Below, piece by piece: positions 52,814 through 63,100 of a DNA stretch of 64,000 nucleotides; position 1 is the stretch's first letter, and each line of letters opens with the position of its first letter. The DNA is taken from the NCBI GenBank assembly GCA_965226885.1, contig CBDDEL010000017.1:768001-832000 (forward strand). Reading direction: 5' to 3'. Source of the stretch: Opitutales bacterium (GTDB taxonomy: Bacteria > Verrucomicrobiota > Verrucomicrobiia > Opitutales > UBA2987). The notes beneath the pieces were generated by a model. It ran no database searches. It had not been told where the DNA came from and worked only from the letters and a program-made list of their open reading frames with translations. The position numbers were made by a program, and so were the translations under genes.

Positions 52814-55067
52814 ATGGCGATTTCCAATAAAAAACGTAAATACATCAAGCGCCACGCGGGGCGAAAACCAGTGGCGGAGATTGCCCGTGACCTGGGCCTA
52901 TCGCCGGAAGAGGTCAAAGCGGAACTGCATCCGGCGGCGGGAGGAAACATGGACACGGCCCTGGCCTCGGCCTCCGGCCAACCACTGCGTGAAAGCCTGG
53001 TTTTCCGGCTCATCCTGGCCCTCATGTTTCTGGCCCCTTTCATCCTCATCAACGGAATCACCGATTACAGCGATTTGCCCAAAAAGGCATTCATTGGAGT
53101 GGGCGCGCTCCTCCTCCTGTCGATCTGGTTAGCCATCAACCGCAGCCGCGCGGTGGAAATTTATTCATGCCGACTGTTCATGCCTCTGGCCTTTTTTATC
53201 GGTTGGTCGCTCATTTCACAAACCTGGACCACCTACCGGTTTCTGGCATTTTCCCAATGGGCTAATTGGGCCGCCTGCGCCGTGATTTTCTTTTTGGCGG
53301 GGCAAGAGTTTCGCAACAAAGACCGATGGGAGAATTTTTTGAAAGTCCTGGCCCTGTCCGCAATGCTCATTTCCCTTTTAGGAATCTTGCAGCATTTGCT
53401 GGCCGTTGACTGGGTGATGCAAACGGCCAAGCCCGCCGCCACCTTTGCCAATCGCAACATGGCCGGGCACTTTATCGTGATGGCTTTTCCGGCCGCCGCC
53501 TGGGTGTGGGCCATGGCGGGCACGGCAATGGCGGCCTACGCCTTTTACACATTCACGAGAGCCGCCTGGGTCTGCATGGCGCTGGAGATTGGCCTTTTCG
53601 CGCTCTATTGGCTGCACGATCGTTTTGTGAGGGCAAACAAACGGTCTCTAAATCGAAGCAAATCCTGCGCCTTGGCGGGGGCCCTGCGCCTTGGCGGGGG
53701 CATTGGCCCTCCTGGCAATATTGACTCATCTCGGTCCCAAAGGCTGGGAATTTCGGGAGAAAGAAATCTACTACCGCATCGCCGGCATGTGGGAATCCGG
53801 CGCCGTGGTCGAAGAAGGAACCGATGGGCATAAGCAACTGCGAAGATCCCATAAATCGATCCAGGACCGATTTTTTGTCTGGAGCAATTCCCTGCGCATG
53901 ATCAGGGATCATCCCTGGATCGGGGTCGGGGTGCAAAATTATCGATTATTTTTTCCCGCCACTTTGAATGAAGTCACAAGCGAAAACAGATTGGTCATCT
54001 ACCGGCACCGCTACCAGGCTCATAACGATTACCTTCAGCTGACGGCAGAATTGGGACTGGCGGGATTGCTATTAATGCTCTGGATGGCCTGGGAATTTCT
54101 CCGTATGGCAATACGGCTTCTCGGTTCCGGCAGCCGGGAGGATGACCGGTTTCTAGCTGCGGCGGGGTTGGCGGCAGTGGCCGGGATGTCGGTCAATGCC
54201 CTCTTCAGTTTTCCTCTCTATAGCGCCATCCCGCCGCTCATATTCGCTCTTTACGCCGCCATGCTGGCACGGATTTGCAGCGCCGGCGCCAGCCCGCCGC
54301 GCATGTATCTCACGGCACCCCGCTTATATATGGGATTGGCGATTGCCCTGATTGCCTTGGGGTGGTTCGGATACCTGCAATTCCGGTGGTTGTGGGCGGA
54401 TCATTACATCAGCCTGCAAAGGAGGTCGATCAGCAAGCAAAGGTGGGAATACGCGATTGTTTATGGAGAGAAGGTGCGCTCTTTCAATCCCTACCGCAAA
54501 GACACCCTGAACTACACCGGAAGGGCGCACCTGGCCCTTGGGGAGTTGGATACAGCCATCGAATTTCTGACAAAAGTGGGTCGTCTTTCTCCTCATGACG
54601 CCGGAAACTTCTATCATCAGGCCACTATTTATTACAAGATGGGGAAATTGGACAAAGCCCTCGAATCTGCCCGCAAGGCAGCCGCATACTCATTGCGGGA
54701 CGGTGGCATCCACTACCTGTTGGTTCAGATCCTGGGAGCGCAAGGGAAAGACCGTGAGGCGCTGGAAAGCTTTCGTAGGGCGGCCCAATACACTCCCCGG
54801 AAATACCTCTACCATTACAATTTCGGTTATTACGCTTACAAAGAAAAAATGTATGCAGAAGCAGTCCGGGCCCTGCGGGAATCCGTCAAACTGGACGATA
54901 CTTTCGATCTGGCACTCAAATATTTGGGCTATTCGCTTTATTATGGATTGAAAAAGAAAAAGGAAGGCATTCGGCGCCTAAAAGCTTCCCTGGAGGCTAA
55001 TCCGAAACAGAGAGATGCAAAAAGCCTTCGAAAAATCATTGCCGAATTTGAAAAGACCTCCCAATAA
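52814..55067 (+). pseudogene. HTH-like/O-antigen-ligase-like/TPR protein, paralog 4 (frameshifted)
   Basis: 19-bp tandem duplication CCTGCGCCTTGGCGGGGGC at 53664-53701 splits the ORF. Confidence 0.87.
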
Positions 55068-55107
55068 GCCCAAGTTAGTTTATTAATCTCTGTATTCATA
55101 TCGGTTA

Positions 55108-57420
55108 ATGGAACTGTCCAACAAAAAACGGAAATACATTGAACGGTTCGCAACGCGCAAACCGGCGGAGACTATTGCGGGCGATTTAAAGCTGCCCCTG
55201 GGACTGGTTGTGAGGGAGATCGAAAAAATAACGGGGCGGCCGGTCCGGGAAAGGGAACCGGCGCTGGAAAAACTTTGCTGGCTGCTCTTTTTAGCCATCG
55301 CCCTGCTGCTTCCTTTTCCCATTTTTCGAACTACTTTCGATTATGCCAATTACCCGAAAACCATTTTTCTGCAATTAGGGGTCCTGGTCCTGCTGGCGGT
55401 CTGGCTGCTCCATTGCCGCCGGGAAAAATCTTTTGCCGTATTGAAGTGCCCATTGTATCTTCCCCTGGGCATTGGTTTTGCCTGGGGCGGGCTGAACATA
55501 CTCCTGGCCGGCTATGCTTATCTTAGTTTAGTGCAGTGGATTCATTGGTTCGCCTGCGGTCTGGTTTTTTTTCTGGCCGTCCAGTTGCTTCATCGGCCGA
55601 AACGCAATATCCAATTGATGGGCTGCCTTTTACTCGCGGGGTTTCTCGTTTCCGTGATGGGCATTGCGCAGCATTTGATCGGCCTCGACTGGGTTCACCA
55701 GAACGCAGCGCCGGCGGCGACATTCGCCAACCGGAATATGGCCACGCATTATGTGGTGGGCACGCTTCCGGCGGTTATGCTAATACTCGGGGCCAGCCGA
55801 ACCAAAATTTTTACCTGGTTCAGCGCGGTGGTTCTGGCCGCCATGCTGATTTTTGTTTATTATACGATTACGCGCGCCGCATGGTTGGCCGTTAGTTGTC
55901 AATTTTTCTTCCTCGGAGCGTATTTTCTTTGGGATCGCTTGAGGCGCAATCCTGTTCACCGGCTTGATTATAAAAAAATCGCCGCCTTTTCGGCCGCCTT
56001 GGCAGCGACCATCTGCGTGGCCTACCTGACGCAATTGAATAATGAGGGGGCAAAGCGAAAAAGGGCGGAGGCCGGGACAATCCGAAAAAACCCAGTCGCT
56101 CATAAAGTCGGGAAATTCGCCAAGTTGACCAGCACTTCGTCAATGCGGTATCGCCTCATCTATTGGGAAAATACACTGAAGATGATTAAGGATCATCCTC
56201 TAACCGGGATCGGCGCGCAAAATTTCCGGGCGCAATATCCTTACTATCATGAAGCGCAAAGGAAAGATAATGAACTGAATCTGTTTAAATCGCCCCGGTA
56301 TGCCCATAACGATTTTATTCAATTGGCAGCGGAACTGGGCATACCGGGCTTTTTGGTTCTGCTGTGGTTTATTTTTCTTTTATTCAAGCTGAGTTGGCGG
56401 GTGTTTTTTCTGGAGGAGGGAAAAACCAGCCGCTTGATGGCGATCAATCATCTGGCGGCCCTGTTGGGAATAGGCTTGGTGGCTTGTTTCAGCTCCCCAT
56501 TTTATCGGGCCACTCCACCCTATTTAATGGCGTTGCATATAGCCTTATTGGTGCGATTGACTCCCCGGCCCGTAAAGATGCCAAACATTGTCCAACGCGT
56601 TAAGACTCTTTGGGCACCCGGTCATACCCTTCTGGCTGTCGGGGGAGCGGCCGTTTCGATTCTTTTGGCGATATTCTGGGGCTCCCTGCAATACCGCTGG
56701 AAAAAGGCGGATGGTTTTTATGAATACCAACGGTTTTCCATTGATCAGCAGGACTGGAAGAATGTCATAAGTTTCGGAAATAAAGTCAGAAAGTACAATC
56801 CCTACCGGGCGGATACCCTCAATTCAAGCGGCGCAGCCCTCCTCAAGTCCCATAAATATGAGGAGGCCAAAGAAATCCTGGAGCGTTATACACGCTATCA
56901 CCCGCACTCCTCCTCGGCATTGTTCTACCTGGGGCAATGCTATGAATATTTAAAGGAATACGACAAAGCCATCGCCACCCTTTCTCACGCCGCTGAAATT
57001 GTGCCTTACGAAGGCTGGGTGCACCGCATACTGGGGCGGATTCTGATGACGACGGGCAAAAAAAAGGAGGCTTTGGAAGAATACCGTCTGGCTACATCGT
57101 CATCGCCCGGCAATCGATCCTTTCATTATTATCATGGCCGCCTGGCTGCGGAATTCGGGTTCCACGAAGAAGCGGCGGAACAGCACCTCAAAGCTGTCCG
57201 GGCCGATGAAAATTGGGACATCGCTCAAAAAGATTTGGGCCTTATTCTTTTCAATGAAATGGGACAAAAAAAGAAAGGTGTTGAGCACATGAAAAAAGCG
57301 CTCCAGTTGAACCCCAAAATCCACCAGGCCAAAAGGCTCAAAGCCTTGATCAAACAATACGAAGCGTCAGGCTTGTCTGATCCAGATACGGTTGAGGAAA
57401 AGGATTTCCAGATACAATAA
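55108..57420 (+). CDS. HTH-like/O-antigen-ligase-like/TPR protein, paralog 5
   Basis: TFANRN, ITRAAW, AHNDFIQ, TPRs. Confidence 0.88.
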   Translation: MELSNKKRKYIERFATRKPAETIAGDLKLPLGLVVREIEKITGRPVREREPALEKLCWLLFLAIALLLPFPIFRTTFDYANYPKTIFLQLGVLVLLAVWLLHCRREKSFAVLKCPLYLPLGIGFAWGGLNILLAGYAYLSLVQWIHWFACGLVFFLAVQLLHRPKRNIQLMGCLLLAGFLVSVMGIAQHLIGLDWVHQNAAPAATFANRNMATHYVVGTLPAVMLILGASRTKIFTWFSAVVLAAMLIFVYYTITRAAWLAVSCQFFFLGAYFLWDRLRRNPVHRLDYKKIAAFSAALAATICVAYLTQLNNEGAKRKRAEAGTIRKNPVAHKVGKFAKLTSTSSMRYRLIYWENTLKMIKDHPLTGIGAQNFRAQYPYYHEAQRKDNELNLFKSPRYAHNDFIQLAAELGIPGFLVLLWFIFLLFKLSWRVFFLEEGKTSRLMAINHLAALLGIGLVACFSSPFYRATPPYLMALHIALLVRLTPRPVKMPNIVQRVKTLWAPGHTLLAVGGAAVSILLAIFWGSLQYRWKKADGFYEYQRFSIDQQDWKNVISFGNKVRKYNPYRADTLNSSGAALLKSHKYEEAKEILERYTRYHPHSSSALFYLGQCYEYLKEYDKAIATLSHAAEIVPYEGWVHRILGRILMTTGKKKEALEEYRLATSSSPGNRSFHYYHGRLAAEFGFHEEAAEQHLKAVRADENWDIAQKDLGLILFNEMGQKKKGVEHMKKALQLNPKIHQAKRLKALIKQYEASGLSDPDTVEEKDFQIQ

Positions 57421-57554
57421 GGAACCCGTGCCGGTTTTTATCCACAACCGTCAGTCTTCCTGAAACGCCATCTGAGTTCGTAAACCTCCGGCCGCAGGTC
57501 AAGGAGTGGAAAATTCGACATTGCCAGGAATCGGGTATCAGTTATCAACGTATC

Positions 57555-58400
57555 ATGCGTATTAAGATTCTTTCTCTTCTTCTGACGGCTATCGGATTAA
57601 GTGCGTCCGCGCGGGCCGAATTCACTGAGATCGACGTTACCGTAGCCGAGGGAGTGGCGGATAAGATGATAACCCCTGCGAAGGGTGGGAGCGTGCCGGC
57701 GAGGGCGGTCCTATTGTTTCACGGCTGGACCGGAAAGATGGATGAAGTGGGCGATATGTACAAACGGTTGGCGGGAGAACTGGGCGACGCTGGAATCGCT
57801 TCTCTGCGCATTAACTTTCGGGGTGAGGGGGAGAGAAACGGGCACCGGTTGACCTCGACCTTTGCTACGCGTATCGCCGATGCGGAGGCCGCCTTGGCGA
57901 TGATCGAGGATAAATTTCCGGATGCAAAAATCGGGGTGGTCGGATTCAGCCTCGGCGGGGCTACTGCCATGGCCCTCACGGGAAGACACCCCGAAGCGGT
58001 TAGAAGTCTGGTGCTCTGGTCAAGCGCGGGTAATCTGGCGGTCGATTTTTTCGGAGACCCAGAAAGGATCGCGGGCCACCGGGAAGCGATCGAAAAGGGT
58101 CAATCAACGATTCAGGATTGGGCGGAAATGACCCTTACGCGGGAGCATCTCATCGGTTTTATCGGCTATGATCTTATGGGTCCGTTGAAGGCCTACGAGG
58201 GAGCCCTCCTTTCGATCCGCGGGAGTGATGATTTCCTGAAACGCTACGAGGACGAGTTTCTCGAGGCCGCTTCCGGATGGCGGGAAGAATTCATAATTCT
58301 CGGCGGCGCCAACCATATCTTTCACACCTTCGATCCACAGAGCGCGTATGACGAGAGGGTGATCGCGGCAACGCTGCTCTGGCTTGGGGAAACTTTGTAG
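57555..58400 (+). CDS. Secreted alpha/beta hydrolase
   Basis: Signal peptide, FHGWTG, GFSLGG, GSDD, GANHIF. Confidence 0.88.
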   Translation: MRIKILSLLLTAIGLSASARAEFTEIDVTVAEGVADKMITPAKGGSVPARAVLLFHGWTGKMDEVGDMYKRLAGELGDAGIASLRINFRGEGERNGHRLTSTFATRIADAEAALAMIEDKFPDAKIGVVGFSLGGATAMALTGRHPEAVRSLVLWSSAGNLAVDFFGDPERIAGHREAIEKGQSTIQDWAEMTLTREHLIGFIGYDLMGPLKAYEGALLSIRGSDDFLKRYEDEFLEAASGWREEFIILGGANHIFHTFDPQSAYDERVIAATLLWLGETL

Positions 58401-58445
58401 AAAACCTCACCCCGGTGTTTCCATTTTAATCTATATTTTTGGATA

Positions 58446-58883
58446 ATGGAAAACTTCAGCTTTCCGGCCCTGAACGCTAGTTTAAACGCCGCCGCAGTGG
58501 TTCTTTTGACGATTGGCTATCTGCTCATCCGGTCGGGTAAAAAGGACGCCCACCGCATAGCCATGTCGTGCGCCTTTCTCATTTCCTGCCTCTTTTTAAT
58601 CGGATATGTGACGAACCGAATCCTGGTTAAAGGTATGCATACAGAATTCGCGGGCACGGGAATCTGGCCCCTGATTTATTACCCAATGCTGATTTCGCAC
58701 ATTATCCTGGCAATGGCCATAGTGCCGTTGGTTCTGAGGACTCTTTACCTCGCGGTGAAAGGAAATTTCGTAAAACACCGCCGCTGGGCCAGGATTACGT
58801 TTCCCCTCTGGTATTACGTCTCTCTGACAGGGGTGCTGGTGTATTTCTTCCTCTACCAGTGGTTCCCCGCCACTACCGGGTGA
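58446..58883 (+). CDS. DUF420 membrane protein
   Basis: PALNASLN, H..AM, LISHIILA, KHRRWARITFPLWYYVSLTGVLVY. Confidence 0.88.
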   Translation: MENFSFPALNASLNAAAVVLLTIGYLLIRSGKKDAHRIAMSCAFLISCLFLIGYVTNRILVKGMHTEFAGTGIWPLIYYPMLISHIILAMAIVPLVLRTLYLAVKGNFVKHRRWARITFPLWYYVSLTGVLVYFFLYQWFPATTG

Positions 58884-58904
58884 GTGGGTAAGAGGTGTCA
58901 GGTT

Positions 58905-59435
58905 TCAGGAGCCGGCTTTGACGGTCATCAGGCCCTTCATTCCAGCCATAAGGTGACCGGGAAAGGTGCATAAATAGGGATATTTACCGGGTTCCGATGG
59001 CGCAGTGAAGGTGATTTTGACGGTCTCTCCCGGCCCAGCCAGTCCGGTTTGGGCAATGACTTTGTCCTGCATGCCCGGCGATACGTAGTCGTTGCCTTTG
59101 GCGGCGATTCCGGCCATGGCAAATTGCATCACATCGGTACCCATTTTCACCACAACCACATTATGCGACATGGCCACTTTGGGCAGTTTTCCGATATTTT
59201 TCAGAACGATGGTCACCTCCTGACCGGCCGTACCTTCAAAGTTGGAAACATTGTATTTCATCTGGTCATTGCCGGTGATTTCGATAACCCCATCGGGATT
59301 CGGCATCGTTTCATCGGCGGCCAGCGGGGGAGTATTCAGCAGGGGAAGAACGGCGGCCAAAAGTCCCATTTTTAAAAAAACGTAGATGTATTGCGCGTTG
59401 TTCCGTTGGTGTGTTTTTTCAATTCTATTGTCCAT
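58905..59435 (-). CDS. Azurin/auracyanin-like blue copper protein
   Basis: GNDQMKY, MSHN, YLCTFPGH...MKG copper ligands; start uncertain. Confidence 0.88.
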   Translation of the reverse strand: MDNRIEKTHQRNNAQYIYVFLKMGLLAAVLPLLNTPPLAADETMPNPDGVIEITGNDQMKYNVSNFEGTAGQEVTIVLKNIGKLPKVAMSHNVVVVKMGTDVMQFAMAGIAAKGNDYVSPGMQDKVIAQTGLAGPGETVKITFTAPSEPGKYPYLCTFPGHLMAGMKGLMTVKAGS

Positions 59436-59546
59436 GGTGATTGTTAATTTCATGTTTTTATCTAACATAAACAGGATATTACAAAACACAAATTTGGCAA
59501 GCAATCTCAAAGAACGGCCACCTTTCCAATGAATGAATAAATCACC

Positions 59547-61364
59547 ATGACCTGGGAAATTGCCTTTATCTTCCTCCTTTTGGCGTTTGCGGTAGTCAGT
59601 TTTACGCTGGAAAAACTGTCTACGGACCTGACCGCTATCACCCTTTTCGGGGCTGTCATGCTGGCCGGTTTGCTGCCGTGGGCGGAAAAACTGCCCGGTC
59701 CGGAGAGGTTGATAAAGGTTTTCGCAAATCCCGCCCCGATCACTATTGCGGCCATGTTTGTGGTGAGCGCGGCGTTGCAAAAATGCGGGGCCATCGATAT
59801 TCTGGCGGGTTTTCTCACCCGCGTGGCCAGCATGGGCATGAGGAGATTCCTGCCCCTGATGATCTTGTCCGTCGCCTTCATATCGGCATTCACCAACAAT
59901 ACTCCGGTGGTGGTGGTTTTTATGCCGGTGGTGCTGAGCCTGGCCCGGACCATGGACGTGCCGGCCTCTAAATTGTTGATTCCCTTATCCTACGCTTCCA
60001 TCTTCGGCGGAACCTGCACCCTGGTGGGAACAAGCACCAATATCCTGGCCAGCGAATTTATGGAAGAGGCCGGCCAACCCCCGCTGGCCATGTTCGAGCT
60101 GGCCTGGGTGGGCATTCCCCTCCTGCTGGTGGCAACCGTTTACCTGACTTTGTTCAGCAACCGTTTGCTGCCGAAAAGAGAGACCATCACTTCGATCTTG
60201 AGCGATGAGGAGAGAAAGGAATTTCTGACCGAAGCATACGTGAAAAAGGGGTCCGAACTGGCCGGTAAAACGGTGGAGGAGTCCGGCATTTTAAAAGGGA
60301 AAAGCCTGAGGGTTCTGGAACTTGTGCGCAGCGAGGTGGTTCTCCGGGTCAACCCCAAAACCATACCATTGGAGGAGGGGGACCGCCTGGTGCTTTCCTG
60401 CCGGCCTTCCGGTTTTGCCCACGCGCGCAGCCTAGTGGGCCTGGAACTGTTCGCGGAGATGAATCTTGGCCTGGAAGCCATTGCCGCGCACGAGGGTTCT
60501 ATCGTGGAAGCGGTCATCGGCCCACGCTCCACCTTAACCGGAAAAAAGGTCAAAGCCGTCAATTTCCGCCAGAGGTTCAACATGATCATATTGGCCATGC
60601 ACCGCAGAGGCATCAATGTGCGCGAAAAAATCGGTCAAATGGAATTTGATTTCGGCGACATCTTGCTGTTGATGGGAACGGATCGGGCGATCGAGGAATT
60701 GCGCAAGAGCGACGATATTTTATTACTCGACCGGCCGGCCACCCCGGCCCAGAGCGGGCGAAAAAAGATGCCTCTGGTGGTGGTGACTCTGGCAGCCATC
60801 ATCCTGCTGGTTTCATTGAATCTGGCTCCCATCGTGGCGGTCTCCCTGATTGGATGCGGTTTTCTCTTCCTGACCGGCTGCCTCAAAACGAAGGAGGCCT
60901 ACCAATCCATCGACTGGAGCATCCTTTTCCTCATTTACGGAATGCTCGGTATCGGCCTGGCCATGCAGGATACGGGCGCGGCCCACCTGATTGCCGGAGG
61001 CATGGTTTCGGTGGTGGAAAACGTTTTTTCCGACCCGCTCAAGCCTTACGCCATATTGGCCGGTATTTATCTGTGCACGGCCATACTCACCGAATTGCTC
61101 TCCAACAACGCCACCATTGTGTTAATGGCCCCCATTACTCTGTGGGTGGCAACCGATATGGGGATCGACCCCCGGCCCTTGCTGGTCGCCACCATGATCG
61201 CCGCCTCGGCCAGCTTCTCAACACCCATCGGCTACCAGACAAATACCTACGTCTATGGCGTGGGAGGCTATAAATTCAGGGATTTTGTCAAAATCGGGCT
61301 TCCCCTTAATTTTCTCTACTTCACCCTCAGCGTAATCCTGATTCCCCTCATCTGGCCATTGTAA
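59547..61364 (+). CDS. SLC13-family permease with two TrkA-C domains
   Basis: SAFTNNTP, GGTCTLVGTSTN, LSNNAT, TPIGYQTN..GGYKFRDF. Confidence 0.92.
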   Translation: MTWEIAFIFLLLAFAVVSFTLEKLSTDLTAITLFGAVMLAGLLPWAEKLPGPERLIKVFANPAPITIAAMFVVSAALQKCGAIDILAGFLTRVASMGMRRFLPLMILSVAFISAFTNNTPVVVVFMPVVLSLARTMDVPASKLLIPLSYASIFGGTCTLVGTSTNILASEFMEEAGQPPLAMFELAWVGIPLLLVATVYLTLFSNRLLPKRETITSILSDEERKEFLTEAYVKKGSELAGKTVEESGILKGKSLRVLELVRSEVVLRVNPKTIPLEEGDRLVLSCRPSGFAHARSLVGLELFAEMNLGLEAIAAHEGSIVEAVIGPRSTLTGKKVKAVNFRQRFNMIILAMHRRGINVREKIGQMEFDFGDILLLMGTDRAIEELRKSDDILLLDRPATPAQSGRKKMPLVVVTLAAIILLVSLNLAPIVAVSLIGCGFLFLTGCLKTKEAYQSIDWSILFLIYGMLGIGLAMQDTGAAHLIAGGMVSVVENVFSDPLKPYAILAGIYLCTAILTELLSNNATIVLMAPITLWVATDMGIDPRPLLVATMIAASASFSTPIGYQTNTYVYGVGGYKFRDFVKIGLPLNFLYFTLSVILIPLIWPL

Positions 61365-61412
61365 GGAACGAAAATTTCGTTTTTTATTAAAATGGATAGT
61401 CCGTGGTTAATT

Positions 61413-62504
61413 TCAGTCAAAAACGATCAGATTTCGCAGCACTTGGCCTTGTTCCATTGACTCGATGGCTTGGTTGATCTCTTCCAGGCGATACCTTCCG
61501 CTGATCAACTCCTCGAGTTTCAGGCGGCCTCCTTGGTGGAGTTCGATGAGGCGGGGCACGTCCACCGCCAACCGGGTCGAGCCCATGCGGCTGCCGATGA
61601 GGCGCTTCTCGGCGCGCACGAAAGACAGGGCTGAAATGGAAGCGAGCGTGTCCACCGGCGGAAGGCCCACTATGACAACGGTTCCTCGTTTGCCCACCAG
61701 TTCCACGGCCTGCTCGATGGCCTTGACGCTCCCCACCGTGACAAAGGCATAATCGGCCCCACGGCCCGAGGTGATTTTGCGAATCTCCTCCGCCACATTT
61801 CCCTCGGCCGCATTCAGGCAATGGGTGGCTCCAAACTCTTTTGCCGTCACAAGCTTGCTGTCCAATAAATCAATGGCGATTACGGGATAAGCCCCCGCCA
61901 ATGCCGCCCCCTGGAGGGAATTGAGACCGACGCCCCCGGCGCCGATTACGGCAACGCTGGAACCGGTTTCAACTTCGGCCGTATTGACCACCGCCCCCAC
62001 GCCCGTGACCACTCCACAGGCCAGCAAAGCGGCCCTCTCCAGCGAAAAATCCACCGGCACCGGGACCACCTGGGATTGGTCCACGACCACGCATTCGGCA
62101 AAACCGGCCGTAAACAGGCCCGGCGCTAAAGTTTCCCCCCGCAGGTTCCTCAAACGGCTTTCCCGGGCGAGGGCAAAATCCCCGGAGCACATTTGGGGCA
62201 TTCCCTTGGTGCAATAATAACAGCGTCCGCAATTGCGCACCAGACAAACCACTGCCGGATCTCCCACCTTGGCTGTGGTTACATCAGGGCCAATTTCTTC
62301 AACCACTCCGGCCACTTCATGCCCCGGAACGAGGGGAACCGGGCCGCCCCATTCCCCTTTGATCAAATGAATATCGCTATGGCAGATGCCCGTTGCGGCC
62401 ACCCGCACTTTTATTTCTCCCTGCTGGGGCGGATCGATTTCGATTTCCTCGATTTCGAGGGGTTTCCCAAATTCATAACAAACGGCTGCTTTTATTTTTG
62501 GCAT
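61413..62504 (-). CDS. Zn-dependent alcohol dehydrogenase (class III-like)
   Basis: GICHSD, GHE, CGRCYYC..C, LACGVVTG, GAGGVG. Confidence 0.92.
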   Translation of the reverse strand: MPKIKAAVCYEFGKPLEIEEIEIDPPQQGEIKVRVAATGICHSDIHLIKGEWGGPVPLVPGHEVAGVVEEIGPDVTTAKVGDPAVVCLVRNCGRCYYCTKGMPQMCSGDFALARESRLRNLRGETLAPGLFTAGFAECVVVDQSQVVPVPVDFSLERAALLACGVVTGVGAVVNTAEVETGSSVAVIGAGGVGLNSLQGAALAGAYPVIAIDLLDSKLVTAKEFGATHCLNAAEGNVAEEIRKITSGRGADYAFVTVGSVKAIEQAVELVGKRGTVVIVGLPPVDTLASISALSFVRAEKRLIGSRMGSTRLAVDVPRLIELHQGGRLKLEELISGRYRLEEINQAIESMEQGQVLRNLIVFD

Positions 62505-62537
62505 GTGGGTTCTTCTAACATTAATTGGGAGGCGGAA

Positions 62538-63071
62538 TCAAAGGTTTTCCGCCTTGTATTCCTGGGCAAAGCGGTCGAGCAACTGCCGGGCGCCCACTTC
62601 GATGTAGTATTTTTTGTTGGTCATTCCCAAAATTGTTTTTTCCCAGGTGGGCGCATAGATTCCCGCCAGGTTTTCGGTCGGCCGTTCCAGCGAAACCATT
62701 TCCTGCAGGGACAGGTTGATGGAAAAAATATAACCGCTGCCATCCCTCACTTTACGCAGAAGAACGGTCAGTTCCAGAATCGGATGACCCGGCAGGGTGG
62801 TCAATTTTTCCTCGGAAACAAGCGGCAGACCCGCCTCCCGCAAATGCTTGACCAAGACCTCACGCAGTTTTTCCTGGGTGACCCCTAATTTTTCGGCATC
62901 GGGTGTCAGCCTGAGGACATTGACGGCGAAACCGGGCAGGTTCTGGAGGGAACTCAAGGAAAACCCGTGGGTCTTTGCAAAGGGCACAATGGCCAGAAAA
63001 ATCGCGCATCCCAAAATCGAAAATCGCATTTTGTGGTTAGTCTTATTTCTAATATTGAACTTGAAGAGCAT
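62538..63071 (-). CDS. Hypothetical exported protein
   Basis: ORF with a signal-like segment; start may be the internal MRFSILG. Confidence 0.6.
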   Translation of the reverse strand: MLFKFNIRNKTNHKMRFSILGCAIFLAIVPFAKTHGFSLSSLQNLPGFAVNVLRLTPDAEKLGVTQEKLREVLVKHLREAGLPLVSEEKLTTLPGHPILELTVLLRKVRDGSGYIFSINLSLQEMVSLERPTENLAGIYAPTWEKTILGMTNKKYYIEVGARQLLDRFAQEYKAENL

Positions 63072-63100
63072 CCCCGGATGTTAGATGAGTTACCGTAAAA

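Noticed and set aside
59436..59780. Long N-terminal extension of the azurin-like ORF
   Set aside because: Overlaps the opposite-strand SLC13 gene; the real start is near the signal peptide
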